NCBI GenBank assembly: GCA_015521295.1
Contig: WAOL01000065.1
Location: forward strand, 1-57,499
From: Desulfurococcales archaeon
Lineage (GTDB): Archaea; Thermoproteota; Thermoprotei_A; Sulfolobales; NBVN01
DNA length: 57,499 nt
Direction of reading: 5' to 3'
Below the pieces are notes generated by a model. That model ran no database searches, was not told the DNA's origin, and saw nothing but the letters and a program-made list of their open reading frames with translations. Each line of letters starts with the position of its first letter. Positions within the stretch are counted from its first letter, which is position 1. Positions 9,235 to 18,426 of this stretch are shown here, one piece after another. A program made the position numbers and the translations under genes.

Positions 9235-9302
9235 AATTGCCCCCAGATTTCCTAGTTTCAGGGAGGATTCTTTAACTTGATTGAGGTATATCTTCCTGTT
9301 AG

Positions 9303-9365
9303 GAGAGTGATGAGCCCAGGCGGTACTGACTGGTACGGATGAAGAGATCAGCCTTGGCTGAGTAG
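9303..9365 (+). ncRNA. C/D-box sRNA candidate
   Basis: C box GTGATGA 9307-9313, 12-nt guide GCCCAGGCGGTA, D' CTGA 9326-9329, C' ATGAAGA 9339-9345, 12-nt guide, D CTGA 9358-9361. AT-rich TTTAACTT lies about 27 nt upstream. Confidence 0.6.
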
Positions 9366-9523
9366 CTGTTGTGAGATTGAAGAACGTAATGATAGTCGTG
9401 TTTTAAGGGTATTACCCTGAATATAGATGTTAGGGGGGAGGAGGTATAGGGCAAAGCATAGGATTACTAAGGCAGGGGAGTAGAGCAGTACGTAATCGAA
9501 GGCATAGAACGCTCTTTGATTAC

Positions 9524-12145
9524 GTGAGGAAAGCCAGCACGCTCCAGACCGAGGTTAACGGCGTGAGGTTCCGCATAGTTAAGAAGAACAGCGCTGTTCG
9601 TGAGTACTTGCTTGTTTCTAGGAAATGGAAGATTGTGAGTAAGCTCAGTTCAGCTTACTTACTGGGTTCCTACTACGACGGGAAGGCCGCTAAGGTATAC
9701 CTGAAATTCTATAGTGAAGCCGATGACATGGTTTACGTGTGGTATGATAGGACTGGTCACCTGCCGTACTTCATAACGGACCTCACAGTCGATGAAGTGA
9801 ATTCAAACAGACGTGTCGTTGAGGATAACTCATTTGTGAGGGTTGAATCAATAAGGAGGTATGATCTCCTCCGCGGTAAGGAAGTCACTATGACTAAGAT
9901 CGTTGTTAAGGATCCTCAGGCTGTACCTAGGTTAAGGAAAGTCGTAGGAAGAGCTTGGGAAGCGAAGATAAAGTATCATGATAACTACCTTTTCGATAAT
10001 GGCTTGATACCGGGTATGAAGTACAATGTTGAGAATGGACGTCCCATCCAAATAGCGCAGAAGGTACCCGAGAAGGTATTAAAGCTGTACAAAGCTGCGA
10101 TAAGTGATAACCCAGCATCCATTGACTTCGCTATGAGGTTAGCTCCTCTCTTCGAATCCAAGCCTCCTAAGATAAGGCGCCTAGCAGTAGACATCGAGGT
10201 CTACACTCCCTTCAGGGGGAGGGTTCCGGATCCGGAGAAGACGCCCTACCCCGTAATAAGCATTGCCCTGGCCGGTAGCGATGGGTTACGTAAGGTGTTA
10301 GTTCTGGCTCGAGAAGGTATTCGGTGGGGTAGGTATGAGGACATACCGCAGGACTTTGAAGTAGAACTCTTTGACAGTGAACGTGCCTTACTCATTGAAG
10401 CTTTCAGGATAATTAACGAATACCCATTACTCATATCGTTCAACGGTGATGGCTTCGACCTTCCATACCTCTTCAACCGCGCAGTGATGCTTGGGATAGA
10501 CCCGGACACAATACCCATAGTTAGCGTCAGGGACTTCATTTCAATACGCCACGGATTCCACATAGACCTCTATAGGTTCTTCAGCATAGAAGCCATCCAG
10601 AACTACGCGTTCGGATCTGCATACAAGGACAAGACCCTTGACGCGATAGCTAGTGCTCTCCTAGGGGAAGCTAAGGTAGTGATAGAGGAAAGCATAAGCG
10701 ACCTCATGCTTTCGAAGCTGATAGAATATAACGCCAAGGACGCAGAGCTAACGCTGAGACTTACGACATTTAGCGACGAGCTGGTGTGGAAGTTAATGAT
10801 ACTGATAATGCGTTTAGCGAAGATGAGTTTAGAGGACGTAACACGACGCAAGGTTTCAGCATGGGTAAAGAACCTAATGTACTGGGAACACAGGCGGAGA
10901 GGGTACTTAATACCAAATGAGGACGAGTTACTGAGCCTCAAAGGGAACGTGAAGACGGCAGCCAAGATAGGCGGGAAGCGCTACGCTGGCGCAATAGTAA
11001 TAGATCCCGTTCCCGGAGTTTACTTCAATGTTACGGTCTTGGACTTCGCTTCCCTATATCCCAGTATAATTAAAGTATGGAACCTCAGTTACGAGACAAT
11101 AGACCCTCCGGAAGGCTGGTGCCCGGAAGGAGGCCTGAAGGAAATACGGGATGAGAAAGGTAATGTGTTGCATACGGTGTGTATTAGCAGGCGTGGCATA
11201 ACATCTGAAATAGTTGGTTTGCTCCGGGATTTCAGGGTTGGTGTCTACAAGAAGTTGGCTAAGAGCGAGGAAGTGCCGGAAGGGCTTAGAGGATGGTATA
11301 GCGTTGTTCAAGCTGCTATGAAGGTGTACATCAATGCCAGTTATGGTGTCTTCGGTCACGAGAAATTCCCGTTCTACACCCCCTCCTTGGCAGAGTCAGT
11401 AACGGCGCTGGGCAGGTACGTCATAACCTCAACGCTACGCAAGGCCAGAAAACTTGGTTTGAAGGTGCTCTACGGTGACACCGACTCATTATTCCTTTGG
11501 AGCCCAAGCCAGGATAAGCTACAAGAACTCATAGGGTGGGTTGATAAGCAATTCCGGCTTGACCTAGAAGTGGATAAGGAATACAAGTACGTGGCATTCG
11601 CACTGAAGAAGAACTATATCGGCGTACGAACCAATGGTAAGGTCGACGTTAAGGGGATGGTCGGGAAGAAAAAGAATGTCCCCAGATTACTCCAAGATAC
11701 GTTCGTGAAGGTAGTTCAACTAATAAGTAGTATAGAGCCTGATCCAGTAACGCTGGATAGAGTTAAGCAGGAACTTAAGAACACTGTTCAAGAACTCTAC
11801 AACAGGCTAAAGAGCAGGGACTTCACCCTCGATGAGGTAGCGTTCAAGACAACCCTCAATAAACCCATAGAGGCATACACAAAAACAACACCGATTCACG
11901 TTAAGGCAGCTATACAGCTGAGTAGGTATGGTCTAATGGTGGGTAAGGGTGATATAGTACTGTACGTTAAGACCAGAACGAAGGATAAGGTGAAGGCAAT
12001 ACAACTGGCTAAGCTAGACGACGTTGACGTGGATGAATACATTGAGGCAACGAAGTCAGTACTTCAACAACTTCTTCTGCCGTTCAACATACCTTGGGAG
12101 GAAATAGCTGGTGGGAGAGGGTTATTTAGTTTCGTTACGCGTTAA
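9524..12145 (+). CDS. polB: Family-B DNA polymerase
   Basis: 873 aa. Exo I DIEV, Exo II NGDGFDLPYL, Pol A DFASLYPSI, Pol C YGDTDS. Confidence 0.95.
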   Translation: MRKASTLQTEVNGVRFRIVKKNSAVREYLLVSRKWKIVSKLSSAYLLGSYYDGKAAKVYLKFYSEADDMVYVWYDRTGHLPYFITDLTVDEVNSNRRVVEDNSFVRVESIRRYDLLRGKEVTMTKIVVKDPQAVPRLRKVVGRAWEAKIKYHDNYLFDNGLIPGMKYNVENGRPIQIAQKVPEKVLKLYKAAISDNPASIDFAMRLAPLFESKPPKIRRLAVDIEVYTPFRGRVPDPEKTPYPVISIALAGSDGLRKVLVLAREGIRWGRYEDIPQDFEVELFDSERALLIEAFRIINEYPLLISFNGDGFDLPYLFNRAVMLGIDPDTIPIVSVRDFISIRHGFHIDLYRFFSIEAIQNYAFGSAYKDKTLDAIASALLGEAKVVIEESISDLMLSKLIEYNAKDAELTLRLTTFSDELVWKLMILIMRLAKMSLEDVTRRKVSAWVKNLMYWEHRRRGYLIPNEDELLSLKGNVKTAAKIGGKRYAGAIVIDPVPGVYFNVTVLDFASLYPSIIKVWNLSYETIDPPEGWCPEGGLKEIRDEKGNVLHTVCISRRGITSEIVGLLRDFRVGVYKKLAKSEEVPEGLRGWYSVVQAAMKVYINASYGVFGHEKFPFYTPSLAESVTALGRYVITSTLRKARKLGLKVLYGDTDSLFLWSPSQDKLQELIGWVDKQFRLDLEVDKEYKYVAFALKKNYIGVRTNGKVDVKGMVGKKKNVPRLLQDTFVKVVQLISSIEPDPVTLDRVKQELKNTVQELYNRLKSRDFTLDEVAFKTTLNKPIEAYTKTTPIHVKAAIQLSRYGLMVGKGDIVLYVKTRTKDKVKAIQLAKLDDVDVDEYIEATKSVLQQLLLPFNIPWEEIAGGRGLFSFVTR

Positions 12146-12941
12146 TCCCCTCAATGCGTCCTCCAAGCCCTTTTAACTCGTTAATCAGTCTTTTCACAAC
12201 TTCATCAACTGTTCGCTTAACCCCCTCGAGGTTTTCAGAAGCACCCATCACATAAACGTCTAGCACAGGTGCCCTTATCTCATGACCCTTAGGGTGGGTC
12301 TTTATGTATACATTGCCGTAAGCCTTCAAGATCTTCTTAACTATCGGTGCAACGGAAGATTCAGGAATACCAATAACTCTAAACATACGCTCTACAATAT
12401 GAATTTCCGGAAATAGCTTGCGGAGCCTAGGCTCGACCCAGTTTTCCCACATCGCCTCTAACTCTCGGGGAACCCCCGGCAAAGACACTATTATAGTTCC
12501 ACTAACCTCAAGCCAGCATCCGGGTGCCGTACCCACGTTATTCGGTATCGGAATACTGCCTTCAGGAAGATAAGCCATCTTAACTCTATCCTCCGTTAGC
12601 TCAAGCCCTTTCTCGGAGTACTTTTCCCGCACCATCATCAGAGCCTCCTCATTCAGTACAAGATTTAGTCCCGCAGCCTTCGCTACAGCCTCTAACGTGC
12701 GGTCGTCGTACGTAGGTCCTAAGCCACCAGTCGTTACGATTAAGGTTGGCTTCTTACTCATTACGTACTTAAGGAACTCCGTAACAAGCGATACGTCATC
12801 AACAAGCGATATGTTCCCTCGCACGTCGAAGCCTAACAGCGTTAATCTCCTGCCAAGGTATGATGCGTTAGTATTAACTACCCTCCCTTGAACAACCTCG
12901 TTACCTAGCGTGAATAACCATGCTGAGCGGGGCGCTCTCAT
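12135..12941 (-). CDS. CinA-like / MoCF-biosynthesis (MoaB-MogA fold) domain protein
   Basis: TLGNEVVQGRVVNTNASYLGRRL...TTGGLGPTYDDRT. Confidence 0.75.
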   Translation of the reverse strand: MRAPRSAWLFTLGNEVVQGRVVNTNASYLGRRLTLLGFDVRGNISLVDDVSLVTEFLKYVMSKKPTLIVTTGGLGPTYDDRTLEAVAKAAGLNLVLNEEALMMVREKYSEKGLELTEDRVKMAYLPEGSIPIPNNVGTAPGCWLEVSGTIIVSLPGVPRELEAMWENWVEPRLRKLFPEIHIVERMFRVIGIPESSVAPIVKKILKAYGNVYIKTHPKGHEIRAPVLDVYVMGASENLEGVKRTVDEVVKRLINELKGLGGRIEGINA

Positions 12942-13516
12942 TGCTCGGTTCCCGATACTATATACGCAACCCTATGTATAATGGTTATTATGCACAAAGC
13001 TATGGAGACCCAGACAATGATTGTCGCTATTCTAACGTAACCCATGCATAGCAGGATTAGCGCGGTGCCGATCGCTATTATGCGGTCACCCCTTTCCATG
13101 AGGCCTACACCCTCCATCTTCAGTCCTAATGCCTCACCTCTAGCCCTAGCATAGCTTATGAGGAACGCCGTAATCACGAAGAGGAATGCCGGAACCCAAT
13201 CTATGCCTAGGAGCTTAAGCGTCAATATGTATGCAGCGTCAGCTACGCGGTCGCTAAAGGAATCCAGGAACGCTCCCTTTTTGCTAATGTTTCCCGTCGC
13301 CTTCGCTACGGCGCCATCTAGGAAATCGAAGGTGGCGGAAAGGATCATTAGAGCTAAGGAGGACCACGGATTAAATAAAATCGCAACTACTGGGGTGAGT
13401 ATGGAGAATACTAATCCCGCAACAGTTAACGCGTTAGGCGATATCCCAATCTTGCTTAGGCTTCTTCCCAAGGCCTCAGCTAACGGCCTTACGGATTCTC
13501 TTAAACGAGTCAGCAT
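12938..13516 (-). CDS. CDP-alcohol phosphatidyltransferase (archaeal polar-lipid synthase family)
   Basis: DFLDGAVAKATGNISKKGAFLDSFSDRVAD matches DGx2ARx8Gx3Dx3D. Multi-TM protein. Confidence 0.85.
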   Translation of the reverse strand: MLTRLRESVRPLAEALGRSLSKIGISPNALTVAGLVFSILTPVVAILFNPWSSLALMILSATFDFLDGAVAKATGNISKKGAFLDSFSDRVADAAYILTLKLLGIDWVPAFLFVITAFLISYARARGEALGLKMEGVGLMERGDRIIAIGTALILLCMGYVRIATIIVWVSIALCIITIIHRVAYIVSGTEQ

Positions 13517-13660
13517 GGATACTCACCGTACCTCCTACTCTCACTGATTACATTCCTCTGGGAAGGGAGACGTAATTACTTTTCTTTTAGCCATGAGACG
13601 GAAGATTACCTAAACTCCCATTGAATCAGAATTTAAAATACCTTAATGACCCTATAAACA

Positions 13661-13720
13661 GGGATGTTGAGGAATCCGGGAACTGACTGCATTGAATGAT
13701 GTCAGCTGCCGGCTGAAAAC
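13661..13720 (+). ncRNA. C/D-box sRNA candidate (degenerate C box)
   Basis: ATGTTGA 13664-13670, 12-nt guide, D' CTGA 13683-13686, C' ATGATGT 13696-13702, D CTGA 13713-13716. TATA-like ATTTAAAATA at 13631-13640. Confidence 0.45.
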
Positions 13721-13775
13721 CTGAACAAATAACCTATTTACCCCCTACGCACTACTTATCCCCGTGTGAATAGGC

Positions 13776-14093
13776 ATGGCTAAGGTAAAGAAACTAGTAC
13801 TGGTAACGAGTAAATCTCACCCACTCAATAAGCACTTCAGCAAGCTGGCTGAGAGGCTATCCAAGGAACTAAAGCTTGAGTTAGAGGTTAGGGAGGAGGA
13901 CTACGTTTACCTAACCGAGCATGGTGAGACAGACGAATTAGGATTAACGTGGCTTCCTCAGCTACTTGCCGAACTTGAAGACGGCACAGTGATAAAGGTA
14001 CTTACGCAACCTAACCTAACTAGTCAAGGGAAATTAGATGAAGAGAAGGACCACAACATAGCTATGGATGCACTACGACCCTACCTAGAATGA
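13776..14093 (+). CDS. Hypothetical protein (possibly a thioredoxin-like fold without CxxC)
   Basis: 105-aa ORF with an ATG start and acidic composition. No catalytic motif recognised. Confidence 0.45.
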   Translation: MAKVKKLVLVTSKSHPLNKHFSKLAERLSKELKLELEVREEDYVYLTEHGETDELGLTWLPQLLAELEDGTVIKVLTQPNLTSQGKLDEEKDHNIAMDALRPYLE

Positions 14094-14233
14094 TGAATGA
14101 TTGCGGATGAAAACAGATCGAGAACCTAGTTTTACTTTAAAGCGAATAAATTCCAGGGGAGTTACCCATATTATAGGTAAGATGCTGTGTGAGCACTATG
14201 GCGAGTAGTGGTAAGCAGTCATGGTGACTGAAG

Positions 14234-14560
14234 ATGTCCTCAGTATTCGTAATGGCTTCGGACAACCATGAGATTAAGCGTCACTGTAGCTTTGAGGATG
14301 CAGTTCATTTCTGCTTAGACTTCATGATTAATTCCACATGTGACGCGCCGGAAACGTTAACAGTAATGAGGTATAGTGCGTTACCTGAGCAGTGTCAGAA
14401 AGACAAGTCAAAAGTAAGTTTAATCAATAGTATGGTATTCCTCAAGAAAGATGCTGATGAGCAGAGGTTTTGTGTCGTTGTAGAGACTAGTAAAGAGGTT
14501 GATTTAAGGGAATTACGGGATATGGTAATGTGCGTCATTACGCTTTCTCGCTGGTACTAA
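14234..14560 (+). CDS. Hypothetical Cys-rich orphan ORF
   Basis: 108-aa ORF in a locally AT-richer stretch. No motif recognised, and coding status is uncertain. Confidence 0.3.
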   Translation: MSSVFVMASDNHEIKRHCSFEDAVHFCLDFMINSTCDAPETLTVMRYSALPEQCQKDKSKVSLINSMVFLKKDADEQRFCVVVETSKEVDLRELRDMVMCVITLSRWY

Positions 14561-14726
14561 TCTCAGACAGCTGATTAACTGAGAGGATACCATCGTTGAG
14601 GTCAGTATTATAGCCTCGATGCACCTGTAGGTAATGGTAGTGAGTATGTGTTAATAATGATGAGTGGTGTCCTAAAGGACCCTAAATGGGGATGAAGAAA
14701 GGACCACTAGCTGAAACCTCGGGTTA

Positions 14727-16736
14727 TCAGCTCCCGAGGTCAAGGAAGTCGGGGAAGTTCTCTAGAGTTAATTCAGCTTTCCTGGCCTTCCTGCTTCTGG
14801 CTCTCCTAGCACTTCGTTGAAGCTCTAATATGAACGAGTGCTTTCTCCTGGGCCTGCCTTTGGGGTTGTTAAGTAATTGAGGAATCAGAAGCCTCTCAGT
14901 GAATACCTCCGCGATAGGGCATGCTTCTATGCACGCTTTGCAACCTATGCATCTTCTGGGATCCACTACGGGACGACCTTCCTTTACCTTGATGGCGTTC
15001 GTCGGGCACCAGATCTCACAACTACCGCATGAGCAACATTTACTCCACCTAACCATAATCTTAAGTACATCAAAGGCAGTTTCTCTGGCATCGGGACCCT
15101 GAACTTCCACCTCATTAGGGCGTACTATGATGGTATTGCCTGACTTCCTAAGTGTGAGGGCACAGTCATCGTTAGGGTTATTGCTGCATACTTTCTCGGG
15201 TGGTGTGTCAGCTATGATGCTCCATTGCTCACATATGCTATCTAGGCTTAGTTGCCCATTGATTATCCTTATCCTATAATGATCCTCGCTTAGGGAGATA
15301 GGAGCCAGTGAGAGCCCACTGACCCTTTCGTAGAGTAATCGCCAGTCGCTGGGTTTCTTTATCCCTAACCAAGACTCCAGCCTTCTCCTTCCCTGAGACA
15401 GAGGGTTTAACCATCGCCATAAGTGGTACCTTATCCAGAGGTCACTCTCGTTGAGTCTTTCCTTCCACTCAATTAGCACGTGTTCCCATCTCCGCCAGCA
15501 CTCCGGGTAATTTCTCTCAACCATGTAATACTCAGCAATGTTACCTGCCGGACACATGAAGCACCCAAGCCTATCGAATCCTTTAAAGTAGAGTTCGTTT
15601 ACCGGGAGCCTCCTCTGTAGTATGTAAAACCATACTGTCAGTTGATCCCATTCCTGCAGCGGTGATATGTTGAGCGCGGCCGGCAGCCATCGATTGCGCC
15701 ACACCGCACCCGACCTGGACCTATCGACCGACTCGAAGGCCCGCTGACCTATTATTGCTAATAATCCGTTGGGGAAGTACTTCTTGTAGATTCGGGCGAT
15801 AGGAGCCATCTTAACTACTTTGCAACACCAGCGATAGTCCTTGGCAGGCGGGCCAAAGATGTTTACCGAGTCCCAGAACTTGTTGCCGGCTGACGCGGTG
15901 AGTAGCCTAAGGCCAAACTTATGGGCCACGTCATCAACGTTCTTGAGCGTCGGCGGAAGTTCGAGTCCGGTATCGTTAAACAGGATTACTGGTTCCAGCC
16001 CTGCTTCCATGGTTAGGGAGAGTGCCGTGATTGAGTCCTTACCTCCTGAGTAGGAAACCACTGGTGGGAGACCCGTTTTCTCTGCCATCATCACTAGGTT
16101 CTTAATAGCTTTCGATAATCTACTCCTTACCCAAAGGTCATTGCATTTCTCAAAGAGATTGAAGGAAGATGGCTTCCTTATTATTTCTCCCACTTGCTCC
16201 TTGAATACTGTCTGAACTCTGTAACGTCCGCGCCTAACGACGGCCAGTGCTACAGGTTCTCCCGAATTATCGATCACTACCGCCTGATTCCCTTCCCTGT
16301 CTCCGGGTCCTAAGTCCATTAGTGGCTTTGCCTTCCCCACCTTGAATGCACGTATCAGCCCTAAGTCCAGGGCTATTGGCGCGCTTACCTTATTAAGTCG
16401 CCAACGCCAAGCATACGTTGAGGGATCAAAGTACAGTCTGCCAACTATCGTGCCTCCCGAAATAACCTCCTTCATATCATCATAATGTGGTGTCTTATTC
16501 AGGTACACTGCGCCATCAACTATGAGTTCCCTATAGAGGGCATCACTCCCGAACTCGTACAGCATGGCTTCCCTAATTAGTGATAGGTCACTTGCGAACG
16601 CCGGTCTCGCGTCTCCGGGCTCCGATATGTTGACCTTAAATCCCTCACCCCCGCATCGGCTACATATCCTCTGCCTCAGCGGGACGTTGCAATTAGGGCA
16701 CCAATAAAGCGTCAGCGTCACTCCCCAAGGTCTCAC
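14727..16736 (-). CDS. PP-loop ATPase of the PAPS-reductase family, fused to an N-terminal Zn-ribbon/PUA-like region and a C-terminal 2x[4Fe-4S] ferredoxin domain
   Basis: CPNCN..CSRCGG; PP-loop SYSGGKDS; C-terminal CSCGSCEIWCP and CIGCKACIEACP; basic tail RRARSRKARK. Confidence 0.8.
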   Translation of the reverse strand: MRPWGVTLTLYWCPNCNVPLRQRICSRCGGEGFKVNISEPGDARPAFASDLSLIREAMLYEFGSDALYRELIVDGAVYLNKTPHYDDMKEVISGGTIVGRLYFDPSTYAWRWRLNKVSAPIALDLGLIRAFKVGKAKPLMDLGPGDREGNQAVVIDNSGEPVALAVVRRGRYRVQTVFKEQVGEIIRKPSSFNLFEKCNDLWVRSRLSKAIKNLVMMAEKTGLPPVVSYSGGKDSITALSLTMEAGLEPVILFNDTGLELPPTLKNVDDVAHKFGLRLLTASAGNKFWDSVNIFGPPAKDYRWCCKVVKMAPIARIYKKYFPNGLLAIIGQRAFESVDRSRSGAVWRNRWLPAALNISPLQEWDQLTVWFYILQRRLPVNELYFKGFDRLGCFMCPAGNIAEYYMVERNYPECWRRWEHVLIEWKERLNESDLWIRYHLWRWLNPLSQGRRRLESWLGIKKPSDWRLLYERVSGLSLAPISLSEDHYRIRIINGQLSLDSICEQWSIIADTPPEKVCSNNPNDDCALTLRKSGNTIIVRPNEVEVQGPDARETAFDVLKIMVRWSKCCSCGSCEIWCPTNAIKVKEGRPVVDPRRCIGCKACIEACPIAEVFTERLLIPQLLNNPKGRPRRKHSFILELQRSARRARSRKARKAELTLENFPDFLDLGS

Positions 16737-16787
16737 AGATAGTCACCTAACCATTGTGTTCAAGCACATTTTTTAAGCCTCCCAATT

Positions 16788-17066
16788 TTGCGGGTGGCAA
16801 CCTTGGACGTAGTGACGTTCGTTAGGAACTTGACGGTACAGATAATGGCTATCGCGTGGGCACTGTTCCTAGTGTCCTGGGTCGTAGGGTGGGCTGTTCG
16901 GGGCTCGCCCGTACCCATACATAGGGTGAAGAAGGCTGGGCAGTCGCTGGTAGAGGATGCTGTAATGGCGGCTTTCTGGATGGCGGTGGGCTCCTCAATA
17001 TTCGCACTAATTTCGTACCTAACGTCAAACCTCTACCAGCCATTACCCCCTCCGCCAAAGCCCTGA
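16788..17066 (+). CDS. Small 2-TM hairpin membrane protein (VirB2/CedA1/TedC-like architecture)
   Basis: Two hydrophobic helices (IMAIAWALFLVSWVVGWAV and AVMAAFWMAVGSSIFALISYL) are joined by a basic loop, RGSPVPIHRVKKAGQ. PPPPKP tail. The start could be GTG 16812 or ATG 16845. Confidence 0.55.
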   Translation: MRVATLDVVTFVRNLTVQIMAIAWALFLVSWVVGWAVRGSPVPIHRVKKAGQSLVEDAVMAAFWMAVGSSIFALISYLTSNLYQPLPPPPKP

Positions 17067-17079
17067 GCGGTGGGTACCC

Positions 17080-18423
17080 TTGGAAATACTGTTGCTAGCC
17101 ATGGACATAGCCATGCTAACATACGTGATCGGCGTGCTAATACTTGCATTGCCAATACCGCTTAGGTCAGTCAAGCGGTGGGGACCCAGATTAATAGCTG
17201 ACGCCATAGCTGCGGTGATTCTAGCGTCCTCAGCCACGCTGATACTATACCTCGGCAATGAATTGCTAAGAGTTGTAGGCGCAGACTGGCCTTCCTTCTA
17301 TGCATGGTTAAGTGCTCGAACAGCAGCACTAGGCGGTGTTTTTGCCGGCCTAACATACGCTGCCTCCTTCATTAAGTCAACAGAGTACTCTTACCTTTCA
17401 TCACCATTGAAGATGGCAGCATCGTTTCTAGCCACTTCGTTCTCCGCGCTTCGCGGGCTGTACCTGCTTTCGTCCTTTATCTATATATATAGGGACAAGC
17501 TGACGAGTATAGGGATACTGCTATATTCACTCCCCTTCCGTATCGGGAAAGGTGTTGGGGCTTTCTTCATAGCGGCATCTCTCATTATGTATGTTGGCAT
17601 GCCATTACTGCCTGCCTTCGTGTCGTCCTTCGAAAACGTAACCGTCGCCAGCGGGTTTAAGTGGAACTCCGAAACTATTAGGATACAGGTTGTTGACGCG
17701 TTAGGGAACCCGGTGCCTTACCCTGTACTTAATTTCTATAGTGAGAATTCCCTCGGAAAACCCGTGGGGATAATCGTAGGTGATGAAGCAGGACGTGCGG
17801 TCATAGGTGATGGTCTGGACGCATTACCTGAGAATTTCAAACTCAATGTAAAGGTGTTGTTCATGGGATACATAATAACGCCGAGTCCAAGTGTGATTAA
17901 GCATGGAGACAGTAATGTTAAGCTGGTGCTTAAGAGTTTGGTATACTCCTCTGGGGCAGCCCTGTTAATACCTTGGGGAACCGAAATTATATATTGTAAC
18001 GTAACCCCCGGAAGGATCTCTGTGGACCTATACACGGATACCGGCTTCACGACCTACTTAACCGTTGTAAAGGGGGCGAACGTGTCAGCAATAATGCTCG
18101 ACGGGAGTACCTTAACCTGTAACTTCACAGAGAGATTCTGGGCAGGAATATTAATGAAGGACTGCATGTTCCCCACCCCCTCAGGCGAGCACAACATAAC
18201 GGTTGAGTATACCCCATCCTTCTATGCTAAGCCTAGCGTAAATGAGAAGCGAATAACGTATCTGAGTTCGATATTCGACATAATCACAGGAATATTGACC
18301 CTCTGTATATCCTTCCTTTACGCCCTAGTATTCCTGCCAGGGGTATACTTAGCAATACTTCTCGCAATGTCGGCCGCATTAGCACGGGTCCTTGGTGGCG
18401 GACTAAAGCTTAAGCTGGTGTAA
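17080..18423 (+). CDS. Polytopic membrane protein with a large extracytoplasmic beta-rich domain (VirB6/CedA-like architecture)
   Basis: About 6 N-terminal TM segments, a roughly 200-aa domain with five N-x-S/T sequons, and 2 C-terminal TM segments. Confidence 0.7.
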   Translation: MEILLLAMDIAMLTYVIGVLILALPIPLRSVKRWGPRLIADAIAAVILASSATLILYLGNELLRVVGADWPSFYAWLSARTAALGGVFAGLTYAASFIKSTEYSYLSSPLKMAASFLATSFSALRGLYLLSSFIYIYRDKLTSIGILLYSLPFRIGKGVGAFFIAASLIMYVGMPLLPAFVSSFENVTVASGFKWNSETIRIQVVDALGNPVPYPVLNFYSENSLGKPVGIIVGDEAGRAVIGDGLDALPENFKLNVKVLFMGYIITPSPSVIKHGDSNVKLVLKSLVYSSGAALLIPWGTEIIYCNVTPGRISVDLYTDTGFTTYLTVVKGANVSAIMLDGSTLTCNFTERFWAGILMKDCMFPTPSGEHNITVEYTPSFYAKPSVNEKRITYLSSIFDIITGILTLCISFLYALVFLPGVYLAILLAMSAALARVLGGGLKLKLV

Positions 18424-18426
18424 GCC

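Noticed and set aside
9491-9524. 7-bp inverted repeat CGTAATC-N20-GATTACG ending on the polB GTG start
   Set aside because: Stems of this size are expected by chance many times in 57 kb, and nothing else supports a regulatory role.
14089-14096. AATGATGA overlapping the stop of ORF 13776..14093
   Set aside because: There is no D' or D box within 70 nt.
14653-14718. ATGATGA ... GGATGAA ... CTGA string just downstream of the PP-loop gene's stop
   Set aside because: There is no recognisable D' box. The two would-be guides (GTGGTGTCCT and AGGACCAC) are mutually complementary, so a simple hairpin or terminator is equally likely.
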